Shown here piece by piece: positions 21,868 to 31,767 of a stretch of 64,000 nt of DNA (within the stretch, counting starts at the first letter, position 1; the number at the start of each line of letters is the position of its first letter). The notes under the pieces are model-generated. The model was not told where the DNA came from, made no database searches, and saw only the letters and a list, made by a program, of their open reading frames with translations. This DNA comes from an uncultured Alphaproteobacteria bacterium (GTDB lineage Bacteria; Pseudomonadota; Alphaproteobacteria; HIMB59; GCA-002718135): the NCBI GenBank assembly GCA_902590695.1, contig CACIXR010000003.1, positions 48,135 to 112,134 of the forward strand, given 5' to 3'. Made by a program: the position numbers and the translations under genes.

Positions 21868-22704
21868 CTAAATACTAAATTTATCTATAATATAAGTTGG
21901 TCTTATTTGATGATTTTTAATTAATTTATTTATTTGATTTAAATCTTTATGAATACCAGATTTTACTAAAACACTATCTATTTCAAAATTATTGGCACCT
22001 TGAATGTCATGAAACAATGAGTCTCCAATAGCTACTGTTCTTTTTTTTTCTAAATTAATTTGATTAGTAGTTGCAGTGTATATGCTTACATCAGGCTTAC
22101 CTTTTATTATAACATTTCCACCCATTTTTTTGTATATTTCACCAATAGCACCCATACAGAAAATATTATTATTACTATTACTTTCAACTGTTTCAAAGTC
22201 AGGGTTTGCACAATACATTGTTATTTCTTTATTGTAGGCTGCTTCTAGTAATGGAATGTAGTCTATTGGTTGTAACTTTACAAAAGGAGTACAGGCTAAA
22301 ATTAAATCTGCTTCCTCTACTTTTTCTGTAAAATTAAAATTTAAACCATCTCTAAAATTTAGACCATCCTCTTTTTCTTCATCATAAATATGAAAACAAT
22401 TTTTTTTATTTTTGTCATCTAAAAATTCTTTTTTAAGTAATTGCCAAATCATTTCTCCACTTGTCACTGTATTTATAAAAGAATTTTTTTTAAAACCAAG
22501 TTTTGGCAATCTATCTATGGATGATTTTGATCTTTTTGATGAATTTGAAATTATAAACAAATTTTTATTATTACTATTTAGTATATCAATAGAAACAAAA
22601 GCATGCTCATATCCAAATGTTCCATCATGCATTACGCCCCATTGATCAATTATAAAATTATCATAATCATTAATAATTTCTTCAATCGAGTTTATTTTTT
22701 TCAC
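21868..22704 (-). CDS. HAD-IIA hydrolase (TIGR01459-like)
   Basis: DQWGVMHDG, SNS, CANPD, GKP, IGDSLFHDI. GTG start. Confidence 0.88.
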   Translation of the reverse strand: MKKINSIEEIINDYDNFIIDQWGVMHDGTFGYEHAFVSIDILNSNNKNLFIISNSSKRSKSSIDRLPKLGFKKNSFINTVTSGEMIWQLLKKEFLDDKNKKNCFHIYDEEKEDGLNFRDGLNFNFTEKVEEADLILACTPFVKLQPIDYIPLLEAAYNKEITMYCANPDFETVESNSNNNIFCMGAIGEIYKKMGGNVIIKGKPDVSIYTATTNQINLEKKRTVAIGDSLFHDIQGANNFEIDSVLVKSGIHKDLNQINKLIKNHQIRPTYIIDKFSI

Positions 22705-22706
22705 TA

Positions 22707-23762
22707 CTATACTGACTTACCAATAACTTCAGTTAGATTTTTATATCCATCAGTTTTAATTAGATCAATCAAATCACTTTTAATACTATTAATTAAATTT
22801 GGGCCAGAATAAACCAGAGCAGTATATAGCTGAACTAAGGAAGCACCGGATTTAATTTTTTCATAACAGTCCCTTCCGCTTGATATACCGCCTACACCTA
22901 TTAATGGTATTTGACCATTTGTTAATTGATACATTTTTTTCAAAATAATATTTGAGTTGTCATATAATGGTCTGCCACTTAAACCTCCTTTTTTTCCTTT
23001 ATTGATTGAAATTAAATTGGTCTCTCTGTTGATAGTACTATTTGTAAGTATTAAACCATCAATGTTATTAGCCAAAGAAATTAATGCTATGTCTCTAAGT
23101 TGATCTTCATTTAAATCAGGTGAAATTTTAATTAATATTGGCTTGGTATTAATATTTTTTATTTCATCTCTTTTGTCTATAATTTTTTTAATTAATTTTT
23201 CTATATTTCCTCTTAATTGTAAATCCCTCAACCCTTCAGTATTTGGTGATGATATGTTTATAGTTATATAGCTTGCTAAATTACCTAACTCTTCTAAACC
23301 AATTAGATAATCATCAATAGCTTCACTTGAATTTTTATTTTTTCCAATATTAACTCCTACAATTTTATTACTTAAGTATGATTTTTGGTATTTAATTAAA
23401 TTTTTTTTTACTTTTTTAATACCCTTATTATTAAAACCTAAACTATTAATTATAGCTTTATCTTCACTTAATCTAAATACTCTAGGTTTAGAATTACCAC
23501 TTTGAGGTTGTGGAGTAATTGTGCCAACTTCAAGAAAACCAAAACCAAATGAAAACATTGAATGCATCACTTCAGCATTTTTATCAAAACCTGCAGCAAG
23601 TCCTATAGGATTTGGAAAATCTAAACCGATTAAATGTTGAGAAAGAATAGGGTCCTCAATTTTTTTTTGTCTTACTTTAAAATATTTTAATAAATTAATT
23701 GTAATACTATGAGATAACTCGGGAGGTAATAATCTTAATAATTTTAAAGAACTATTGTACAA
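22707..23762 (-). CDS. pyrD: Quinone-dependent dihydroorotate dehydrogenase
   Basis: NPIGLAAGFDKN, NIGKNK, NISSPNT, KISPD, GGLSG, GASLVQLYT. Confidence 0.97.
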   Translation of the reverse strand: MYNSSLKLLRLLPPELSHSITINLLKYFKVRQKKIEDPILSQHLIGLDFPNPIGLAAGFDKNAEVMHSMFSFGFGFLEVGTITPQPQSGNSKPRVFRLSEDKAIINSLGFNNKGIKKVKKNLIKYQKSYLSNKIVGVNIGKNKNSSEAIDDYLIGLEELGNLASYITINISSPNTEGLRDLQLRGNIEKLIKKIIDKRDEIKNINTKPILIKISPDLNEDQLRDIALISLANNIDGLILTNSTINRETNLISINKGKKGGLSGRPLYDNSNIILKKMYQLTNGQIPLIGVGGISSGRDCYEKIKSGASLVQLYTALVYSGPNLINSIKSDLIDLIKTDGYKNLTEVIGKSV

Positions 23763-23766
23763 TAAA

Positions 23767-25350
23767 TTAATTATCTATTAATTTTTTTAGATAATCAATA
23801 GTTTCTCTTAATCCAAATAATTTAAAAAATGATCCTAGTCGTGGGCCCTGATCCTGACCAAGCATAACTTGATATACTAGTTTAAAAAAATCTTTTAGGT
23901 TTTCAAATTTGTGCTTTTTTCCTACTTCGTATAATAATGTTTGAATATCTTCAGATGAACTTTTTTCAGCAACCTCATTTTCTAAAACATTAATAATATC
24001 AATAAATACCTCCTTATTACTACTATCAATTTCTAAAAATTTCTTTTTTGGTAAAATAAAATCTTCATAGTAATTTAGTGCAAAGTCTATAAGTCGATCA
24101 AATTCAGGATTGTTATCAGCGTTAATTTGATCATCATATTTATTAATAAAAGACCATATTACTTTTTTATCTTTAGAATTAGAAACATTTACTAAGTTAG
24201 TTAGAGTATTGAAATTTATTTCTGATTTGAATTTTTTAGGTTTCCCTGAATGAATATGCCAAATTGGATTATCATACTGTTTATTTTTATCTAAACTTGA
24301 GTATGAATTATAATGAGAAAGGTAGTCATCAACAGTTTTGGGAATTACATCAAAGTGAAGTTTCTTTGCTGATTTTGGTTTTTGAAACATGTAGAGTGCA
24401 AGACTCTCAGGAGAAGCATAACGTAGCCACTCATCTACACTAATACCATTTCCAACTGACTTAGAAATTTTTTCACCTTTTTCATCTAAAAACATTTCAT
24501 AAATTAGATTAGTGGGTGGTTTTTTATTTAATGCTTTACAAATCTTGGATCCTAAATCAACACTTTCTGTAAGATCTTTCCCACACATTTCATAATCAAC
24601 ATCAAACGACATCCATCTCATCGCCCAATCGACTTTCCACTGTAACTTACATTTTCCATCAATTACTTCTGTTTCAACTAACTTGTCCAAAGATGGATCT
24701 CTGAAAATAATTGTTTTTGAATCCATTTTATATTCTTCGATTTTTACCTGAAGTACTTGACCTGAATTTTCACTTATTGGGAGAAATGGACTATAAGTTT
24801 CTTTTCTCTCTGCTCTTAAGGTAGGTAGAATGATATCTAATATTTTTGAATAGTTTTCAAATATACTTAATATTGTTTCATTAAAATCTCCGTTTTGATA
24901 TTTTTCTGTTGAGCTAACAAACTCATAGTCGAAATTAAATTCATCTAAAAAACTTCTAAGTTTTGCATTATTATGATGTCCAAAACTTTCAAATTTACCA
25001 AATGGATCTGGAATAGAAGTAAGTGGCTTACCTATAAATTTTTCTAACATTTCTTTATTTGGAACATTTTCAGGAACTTTTCTTAATCCATCCATATCAT
25101 CAGAAAATGTAATCAGTTTTGTTGGGCAATCAATAATAGAGCTAAATGCATTTTTTACCATTGATGTTCGTACAACTTCACCAAAAGTTCCAATATGAGG
25201 TAAACCAGAGGGGCCATAACCAGTTTCTAGTAATACATATCCCTTAGCTGGAATTTTAAATTTTTGTAAACCACCATTTTTTTTAATAATTTGTAATGCT
25301 TCTTTAAAAGGCCAAGCTTTTAAAGATTGTACTAATTCTTGATCAATCAT
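23767..25350 (-). CDS. lysS: Class I lysine--tRNA ligase
   Basis: ETGYGPSGLPHIGT (HIGH motif), KISKS (KMSKS motif), WKVDWAMRW, GPRLG. Confidence 0.96.
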   Translation of the reverse strand: MIDQELVQSLKAWPFKEALQIIKKNGGLQKFKIPAKGYVLLETGYGPSGLPHIGTFGEVVRTSMVKNAFSSIIDCPTKLITFSDDMDGLRKVPENVPNKEMLEKFIGKPLTSIPDPFGKFESFGHHNNAKLRSFLDEFNFDYEFVSSTEKYQNGDFNETILSIFENYSKILDIILPTLRAERKETYSPFLPISENSGQVLQVKIEEYKMDSKTIIFRDPSLDKLVETEVIDGKCKLQWKVDWAMRWMSFDVDYEMCGKDLTESVDLGSKICKALNKKPPTNLIYEMFLDEKGEKISKSVGNGISVDEWLRYASPESLALYMFQKPKSAKKLHFDVIPKTVDDYLSHYNSYSSLDKNKQYDNPIWHIHSGKPKKFKSEINFNTLTNLVNVSNSKDKKVIWSFINKYDDQINADNNPEFDRLIDFALNYYEDFILPKKKFLEIDSSNKEVFIDIINVLENEVAEKSSSEDIQTLLYEVGKKHKFENLKDFFKLVYQVMLGQDQGPRLGSFFKLFGLRETIDYLKKLIDN

Positions 25351-25351
25351 T

Positions 25352-25804
25352 TTATTTTGCTCTAATTCTTATTTTTTTACCCAATAACAACTTTAATGAA
25401 TTTGTGAAATTAAAAATTTCAGATCCTAATTTATTAAATAATTCATTTTCTAACTCAATAATATTATCAATTATATTATTAATTAAATCATTCCCTGCTT
25501 TAGTTAGAATTAAACTATCAGATCTTCTATCTTGTGGTTGTTGTTTCAATATTAACTTCTTTTCTTCTAGTTTAGAAACACGTAAACTAACAACTGATCT
25601 ATCAATAGATGCATTTTTACATATCTCCTTTTGAGTGATATTTATGTTTTCTTGCTGTAATAAATAAATTGTCTCGAGAATAAGATATTCATTTAATGTG
25701 ATTTCACTCTCTTTTAATTTATTCCTTACTTTAGATTGCCATAAGTTTGATGTTTGCCATATTAATAATGCTAGTCTATTCTCATTAAGAGAAGTGTCTG
25801 CCAT
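25352..25804 (-). CDS. MarR family transcriptional regulator
   Basis: wHTH ITQKEI...DRSVVS...LEEKKLI...DRRS..LILTKAG. Confidence 0.88.
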   Translation of the reverse strand: MADTSLNENRLALLIWQTSNLWQSKVRNKLKESEITLNEYLILETIYLLQQENINITQKEICKNASIDRSVVSLRVSKLEEKKLILKQQPQDRRSDSLILTKAGNDLINNIIDNIIELENELFNKLGSEIFNFTNSLKLLLGKKIRIRAK

Positions 25805-25810
25805 AGTTTT

Positions 25811-25850
25811 TATACAAACTATTTGTATACAAATTAATAATTTATGTCAA
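25811..25850 (-). promoter_or_regulatory. Putative promoter and palindromic operator upstream of the MarR gene
   Basis: TTGACA (25850-25845)-N17-TACAAA. Perfect 14-bp palindrome ATTTGTATACAAAT at 25821-25834, with overlapping inverted repeat TATACAAA-cta-TTTGTATA at 25811-25829. Confidence 0.65.
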
Positions 25851-25852
25851 TA

Positions 25853-26164
25853 CTATTCTGGTGCAATTTCTATCTCTAAGCCATCAAGTTCTTTAGAAAG
25901 ATCAATTTGACAGGATAATCTTGAATTATTTTTAACATCAAAAGCTTGATCGAGCATAGATTCTTCATCATCATCCATATTATTCAGCTTATTTATCCAT
26001 TTTTCATCAATATAAACATGACATGTAGCACAAGCACAACATCCTCCGCACGAAGCTTCAATATTGTAGCCATTGTCTCTAAGGGTTTCCATTAATGTAA
26101 AATTACTATCATATTCAATTTCAGACTTTTTACCTGATCTATCTGTGATTATTAAGTTCGGCAT
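25853..26164 (-). CDS. Adrenodoxin-type [2Fe-2S] ferredoxin
   Basis: CGGCCACATCH...E..ML...SRLSCQ. Confidence 0.93.
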   Translation of the reverse strand: MPNLIITDRSGKKSEIEYDSNFTLMETLRDNGYNIEASCGGCCACATCHVYIDEKWINKLNNMDDDEESMLDQAFDVKNNSRLSCQIDLSKELDGLEIEIAPE

Positions 26165-27174
26165 TAAACGCCTAGTTTTTTTTGAAGTTCTTTGGAAGAT
26201 GTTGTGTATCTAAAAATGTTTTTCTTATCAGGAAAGCAATACTTGAATACTTCTTGAGCCATTAAGGCAGACTCATGAAATCCTGATAAAATAAGCTTAA
26301 GTTTTCCTGGATACCAATTTATGTCACCAATCGCAAAGATTGATGCGGTGGAAGTTTCAAATTTTTCAGTATCCACCTTAATTAGGTTCTCATGTAAGTT
26401 TAGACCCCATTCTGCGATTGGACCTAGTTCCATTTTTAAACCAAAAAATGGTAAAAGATAATCCACTTCAATATTTAATCTTTCATCTTCATTTTCGTAT
26501 TCTATTATTATTTTCCTATCTTTAATCTTTGAAATCTTTTTTATTTGGCCTTTTAAAAATTTAATTTTTCCTGTTGATTCTAATTCTTGCATTTTTGAAA
26601 CGGAGTCGGGTGCTGCTCTAAACTCTTTTCTTCTATGAATTAGAGTTACATTGGAATCTTTTGATAGTTCATTTGTCCAATCCAAAGCAGAATCTCCTCC
26701 TCCTGCAATTAAGAGTTTTTGATTCTTAAATATTGATTTATCTCGAATTGCGTAAAAAACATTCTTGTTTTCGAAACTCTCAATATTCTCAATTGGAGGT
26801 TTTCGAGGCACAAAACTTCCTGCTCCTGCGGCTATAACTATACATTTTGCTTCAACTTTTGTTCCTATATTAGTCTCTACAATCCAACCATATTCTGTTT
26901 TAGCAATTTTCTCAACTTGTTGGTTAAGATGAAATTTAGGTTTAAATGGGTTAATCTGTTTAATTAACTCGTCAGTTAATTGTTGTCCAGTCACAACTGG
27001 TCGTGAGGGAATATCATAAATTGGTTTTTCTGGGTACAATTCAGCACACTGACCTCCAACCTTATCTAAATTGTCAATTAAATGACATTTTATATTTAAC
27101 AAGCCTAGTTCAAATACAGCAAACAACCCTACCGGACCTGCACCTATGATTACGACATCAGTTTTTTCTGTCAT
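26164..27174 (-). CDS. TrxB-fold ferredoxin--NADP+ reductase (YumC-type)
   Basis: GAGPVG, GGQCAELYPEKPIYD, GGGDSALD, HRR, GDI..YPGK; no CxxC. True start is probably ATG 27174, because the longer ORF would overlap ctaA. Confidence 0.9.
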   Translation of the reverse strand: MTEKTDVVIIGAGPVGLFAVFELGLLNIKCHLIDNLDKVGGQCAELYPEKPIYDIPSRPVVTGQQLTDELIKQINPFKPKFHLNQQVEKIAKTEYGWIVETNIGTKVEAKCIVIAAGAGSFVPRKPPIENIESFENKNVFYAIRDKSIFKNQKLLIAGGGDSALDWTNELSKDSNVTLIHRRKEFRAAPDSVSKMQELESTGKIKFLKGQIKKISKIKDRKIIIEYENEDERLNIEVDYLLPFFGLKMELGPIAEWGLNLHENLIKVDTEKFETSTASIFAIGDINWYPGKLKLILSGFHESALMAQEVFKYCFPDKKNIFRYTTSSKELQKKLGV

Positions 27175-27227
27175 ATGTGAAAAATAACAACTTTTTTTAT
27201 TATTTCTAGAGATTATATATATTCTGA

Positions 27228-28283
27228 ATGAATTACGATAATACCACAAAATTATACAATCCTGCAGTTTATATATGGCTATTAACAATAACTGCAATGG
27301 TTTTATTAATTATAGTAATTGGAGGCCTGACAAGGCTGACCGACTCTGGGCTTTCCATGACCGACTGGCGCCCAATTTTAGGTATAATTCCTCCACTGAG
27401 TTTAGAAAGTTGGTTAGTTGTATTTGAAATGTATAAACAAACACCAGAATACAAAATAGTTAACAAAAATATGATGTTAAATGAGTTTAAATATATTTTT
27501 TGGTGGGAGTGGTTTCATAGAATATTTGCAAGAGCCATAGGAATTGTTTTTTTAATACCCTTATTTTACTTCAGTTTTAAAAAGCAAATTCAATCGTCAC
27601 TGTATATAAGACTTGGTATTGTCTTTGTGTTTGGTTTATTTCAAGCAGTTATTGGATGGTGGATGGTAAAGAGTGGTTTGACTGAAAATCCTTATGTAAG
27701 CCCTTATAGACTTACTTTTCATCTTTTAAATGCTCTTATAATTTTCTCTATACTATTATGGATATCAATGGATTACAGGTATTCTTCTAATATAAGTTTT
27801 TTGTCTAACCCAAAAACGATTGAATTTTATATTTTAATTGCTGTAATTTTAATATTTATTACAATTGCAACAGGTGGATTTATGGCAGGAACCAACTCTG
27901 GACAATCTTTTAATACTTTTCCGCTAATGAATGGAAAAATTATACCTGATGATTACGTTATTGATGATTTAGGTATTTATAATATTTTTGAAAATACAGT
28001 TGCAATAAATTTTAACCACCGTTGGTTATCAATATTTGTCTTTTTTTATATCCTTTTTGTTTGTTTTAAATTAATTAAATTTGATAATAAAAATGTGTCT
28101 AGTACTCTTGTGTATTTAGTTTTATTCTTTCTAACGTTACAAGTAATATTAGGTGTTATAACTCTTTTAAGTAATGTTTACTTACCGGTCGCAAGTTTAC
28201 ATCAAACTAATTCAATTTTGTTATTATCAACTTTATTAATTAGTTATCATCAAATTAAAATTAGAAAGGTTAATGATGTCTAG
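27228..28283 (+). CDS. ctaA: Heme A synthase, Cox15-type
   Basis: GGLTRLTDSGLS, EWFHR, YRLTFHL, HRW, LHQ; multi-TM. Confidence 0.95.
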   Translation: MNYDNTTKLYNPAVYIWLLTITAMVLLIIVIGGLTRLTDSGLSMTDWRPILGIIPPLSLESWLVVFEMYKQTPEYKIVNKNMMLNEFKYIFWWEWFHRIFARAIGIVFLIPLFYFSFKKQIQSSLYIRLGIVFVFGLFQAVIGWWMVKSGLTENPYVSPYRLTFHLLNALIIFSILLWISMDYRYSSNISFLSNPKTIEFYILIAVILIFITIATGGFMAGTNSGQSFNTFPLMNGKIIPDDYVIDDLGIYNIFENTVAINFNHRWLSIFVFFYILFVCFKLIKFDNKNVSSTLVYLVLFFLTLQVILGVITLLSNVYLPVASLHQTNSILLLSTLLISYHQIKIRKVNDV

Positions 28284-29001
28284 CAAAAATATATTTGTCT
28301 TTGGGGGCACGGGTTCTATTGGAAAATCATTATCAAAAAAACTGAAGAGCAATAACTATGATCCAATAATTATTTCTAGAAATGAAACAGAATTAAAAAA
28401 ATTATCTGAAGAAATTGGTTGCGAATATAAAGTTTGTGATGTTTTAGATTTTGATAAAGTTAAAAGTATTTCAGCAGAATACAAAGATCGATTAAGTGGT
28501 ATTGCTTTTTGTGTTGGTTCTATAAATTTAAAACCTCTTAAAATGACTAAAGATGAAGATTTTATTGATTCTTTTAAAATAAATACACTTAGTGCTATAA
28601 ATGCAATTAAGTTTAATCAAGAAACTCTTGCTAAAAATAATGGCAGTATTCTTCTTTATTCAACTATTGCTGTAAAACAAGGTTTTACTAATCACACAAT
28701 AATTTCTACCGCAAAAGGTGCCATTGAAGGTCTTACTCTGAGTTTAGCTGCTGAATTTGCTCCAAAAATCAAAGTAAATTGTATAGCGCCAAGTTTGACC
28801 GACGCAAAAATGACACAAAAGTTGATTAGCAATGAAACTATTAAGAAAGCAATTGAAAATATGCATCCTCTACCTAAAATTGGATCTGGTGATGATTTCT
28901 CTGATATTGGAAGTTTTCTATTAAGTGATAAAAATAGTTGGATAACTGGACAAATATTTCATATAGATGGAGGAAGATCATCATTAAGAATTAAATCGTG
29001 A
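28273..29001 (+). CDS. Atypical short-chain dehydrogenase/reductase
   Basis: GGTGSIG, VGSINLKP, VNCIAPS, ITGQ..HIDGG. The YxxxK position reads ISTAK. Confidence 0.85.
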   Translation: MMSSKNIFVFGGTGSIGKSLSKKLKSNNYDPIIISRNETELKKLSEEIGCEYKVCDVLDFDKVKSISAEYKDRLSGIAFCVGSINLKPLKMTKDEDFIDSFKINTLSAINAIKFNQETLAKNNGSILLYSTIAVKQGFTNHTIISTAKGAIEGLTLSLAAEFAPKIKVNCIAPSLTDAKMTQKLISNETIKKAIENMHPLPKIGSGDDFSDIGSFLLSDKNSWITGQIFHIDGGRSSLRIKS

Positions 29002-29681
29002 AATATATCTTTATAATTTGTTTATCTGTTTTTTCTTTTAGCGTTTTTTGTCAACCATTTCCAATACCAGAAGATAATGAGGTAAGTTATGATGTTATTA
29101 GAAAAAAGAAAAATATTGGAAGCTTAATATCAAAATTTGCAGAAAATGAAGATAGTATCATTATACATTCAGTCTTAAAGGTAAATGTAAAAGTTTTATT
29201 TTTTCCAGCATACAAATTTTTTCAAGAAACTAGAGAAACTTGGACAAATGGTGAATTTGTATCAATAGATGGATTTACAGACTTCGAAGATGATCGAGAG
29301 TATAAAATAATTGGAAATGATGAAGACAATTTTTTTATTGCTAGTGGTATGGATGGAGAATTAAAATTAGATAAAAATATAGTACCATTAAATTATTGGA
29401 ATATTGAAATGTTAAATGAGAAAGAAGTATTTGACACTCAAAAAGGTATAGTAAGAACTATAGAAGTAAAGCAACTTGAAGATGAAAATATAAAAATCAA
29501 TGATATTGAAATATTAGCTAATAAGTATGTTTTCAATGCATCAAAAAATCCAAAAGATAAAGGGCCATTTCCTGAGTATACACTTTGGTATTTTGAAAAA
29601 GAGCTCATGAAAATGGAATTCAAAAATCCTAATGATAAAAAAAATATTATAACAATAATTCGTAACGATTGGAGTCTATAG
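28998..29681 (+). CDS. Exported beta-rich protein, DUF6134-like
   Basis: Signal peptide, Y.V.R....IG, V.V..LF..AY.F....E.W..G, YWN. GTG start overlaps the upstream stop. Confidence 0.65.
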   Translation: MKYIFIICLSVFSFSVFCQPFPIPEDNEVSYDVIRKKKNIGSLISKFAENEDSIIIHSVLKVNVKVLFFPAYKFFQETRETWTNGEFVSIDGFTDFEDDREYKIIGNDEDNFFIASGMDGELKLDKNIVPLNYWNIEMLNEKEVFDTQKGIVRTIEVKQLEDENIKINDIEILANKYVFNASKNPKDKGPFPEYTLWYFEKELMKMEFKNPNDKKNIITIIRNDWSL

Positions 29682-30440
29682 TTGCAAACTATATGGATTA
29701 CTGGTGGATCTTCAGGTATTGGTTTTGCTACAGCAAAAGAATTTATAGATAATAATTGGCAAGTTGTAATTTCTTCAAGTAATAAAATAAAACTTGAATC
29801 TGCAAAAAAAAAATTAGAACTAAATAATAATAAAAATTTAGTTAATGCTATTGTATGTGATATTTCTTCAAAAAATAATGTTGATGAAACGATTAATTCT
29901 ATAGAAAAAAATATTGGTAAAATTGATATAGCATTATTAAATGCATCAGCTTATAGTCCAAACAAAGATCAAATATTTGATATTTCAAACTACGAATTAC
30001 TAGTAGATGTAAATATCAAAGGTACTTTGTATTGTGTTAACAAATTAAAAGATGTTATGAAAAATAGAAATAATACGATTGCTATTATTTCTTCACCGTT
30101 GGGATATAGAGGTTGGCCAACAGCTGGGGCGTATGGTATTTCTAAGGCAGCTCAATTAAGCTTGAGTGAAAGCTTGTATTTTGATTTCAAAAAGTTGAAC
30201 ATTAATGTTAGAGTCATATGTCCAGGTTTTATTGATACCGAAGCAACCAAAAAAAATAGCTTCAAAATGCCTTTTTTAAAAAGTGCTGAATATGCAGGAA
30301 AAAAAATATTTGATAGGTTAACTAAAGGTAAAGAATTTGAAATAATTTTTCCCTATTTGATTGTATATTTTTTTAAATTTACAAGGATATTACCTTACAA
30401 AATATATTTTTATATATGGAAAAAATTAGGGAATTTTTAG
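29682..30440 (+). CDS. Short-chain dehydrogenase/reductase
   Basis: WITGGSSGIG, YGISK, CPGFIDT..T.KN.FKMPF. TTG start abuts the upstream stop. Confidence 0.88.
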   Translation: MQTIWITGGSSGIGFATAKEFIDNNWQVVISSSNKIKLESAKKKLELNNNKNLVNAIVCDISSKNNVDETINSIEKNIGKIDIALLNASAYSPNKDQIFDISNYELLVDVNIKGTLYCVNKLKDVMKNRNNTIAIISSPLGYRGWPTAGAYGISKAAQLSLSESLYFDFKKLNINVRVICPGFIDTEATKKNSFKMPFLKSAEYAGKKIFDRLTKGKEFEIIFPYLIVYFFKFTRILPYKIYFYIWKKLGNF

Positions 30441-31522
30441 TTTGTTTCACCAATATAAATTCCAAGTCCTTCAGCTACTTTAATCAAAGGATCATTTTTT
30501 TGAACAGTTTTTGAATATCCTGCAACTTGACTAAGCATCAAATCTTGTACTCCTCTGTCTTTCCATACAACTACTCTATTAAATTTTTTCTTTGCAATTA
30601 AATCAACCGCATAAACCCCAAAGGCACTTGCAATTAAACGATCTCTATGAGTTGGTTGAGCACCTCTTTGAACATGTCCTAGAACTGTGACTCTTGTTTC
30701 AGAGTCTGTTATTTTATAGATTTCATCACCAAGATAATTTCCAATCCCTCCAAGGCGCACCTCTCCATCAACATATTTCACTGTAGCTTTTTTACCGTTT
30801 TCTTTTTTTACAGCTTCTGCAACAACTATTAATGCATGATTTCTTCCTTTAGATCTAAGTTTCTCAATATGGTCAGCAATAGATTTTATAGAATATTGAA
30901 TCTCCGGAATCAAAATAACATCTGCTCCTCCTGCTATTCCAGCATTCAAAGCAATGTGACCTGCATCTCTGCCCATTACTTCTAAAATCATTACTCTTCT
31001 GTGGCTAGCAGCTGTTGGTTGAAGCATATCTAATGCATTTGTTGCAACATCAACTGCAGTATCATATCCTATAGAAAGCTCATTATGCTTTACATCATTG
31101 TCTATTGTCTTTGGAATACCAACAAAATTTATATTACCTTTTTTTGTAATACTTTGGAGAATTTTTAAGCTTCCATCTCCACCAATACCTATTAGTGCAT
31201 CTATTTCTAATTTTTTAAAACCTTCTATAACTAAATCAGATGAGTCTATTTTTTTTCCATTCCGTATAATTTTTTTAAAAGGGTTGCCTTTGTTATTTGA
31301 TCCCAAAAAAGTTCCACCCATTCTCATTAAGCTACCCTCAAAATTTTGAGGATCTAATTTGATAACGTCCAGTGGTTCTTTCAACAAGCCTAATGTTCCA
31401 TCTTTAATTCCATAGACTTCCCAATTGTACTTATTATGTGCTCTCAAAGTGACAGCTCTAATTACTGCATTTAAACCTGCGCAATCTCCACCACTTGTTA
31501 AAATTGCTATTTTTTTTACCAC
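30437..31522 (-). CDS. pfkA: 6-phosphofructokinase (PfkA family)
   Basis: TSGGDCAGLN, GGDGS, PKTIDND, EVMGR, LGHVQRG. GTG start. Confidence 0.95.
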   Translation of the reverse strand: MVKKIAILTSGGDCAGLNAVIRAVTLRAHNKYNWEVYGIKDGTLGLLKEPLDVIKLDPQNFEGSLMRMGGTFLGSNNKGNPFKKIIRNGKKIDSSDLVIEGFKKLEIDALIGIGGDGSLKILQSITKKGNINFVGIPKTIDNDVKHNELSIGYDTAVDVATNALDMLQPTAASHRRVMILEVMGRDAGHIALNAGIAGGADVILIPEIQYSIKSIADHIEKLRSKGRNHALIVVAEAVKKENGKKATVKYVDGEVRLGGIGNYLGDEIYKITDSETRVTVLGHVQRGAQPTHRDRLIASAFGVYAVDLIAKKKFNRVVVWKDRGVQDLMLSQVAGYSKTVQKNDPLIKVAEGLGIYIGETN

Positions 31523-31566
31523 AGGGCGTTTATATACTATTATTATATTTTTACTTATTTATTTTC

Positions 31567-31767
31567 ATGGATGATATAAACAAACTTATAGAAATTTTAA
31601 AAAATTTTGAACAAGAACACAGAGATCTTGATGAAATACTCATTCGGCTTCAAGAAAAAAATACTGTAGATTTTTTACAAATTCAAAGGTTAAAAAAAAG
31701 AAAATTAATCCTAAAAGATAAAATATTAGAAATTCAAAATAAATTAGAGCCAGATAGTATAGCTTAA
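31567..31767 (+). CDS. YdcH/DUF465 family protein
   Basis: EHRDLD...QRLKKRKLILKD...PD.IA. ATG at 31567 preferred. Confidence 0.88.
   Translation: MDDINKLIEILKNFEQEHRDLDEILIRLQEKNTVDFLQIQRLKKRKLILKDKILEIQNKLEPDSIA

Noticed and set aside
27175-27297. Long N-terminal extension of the FNR ORF, and similar extensions at 16214, 31495, 47198, 55144 and 61416
   Set aside because: They overlap neighbouring genes and precede the recognisable family N-terminus; downstream ATGs fit better.
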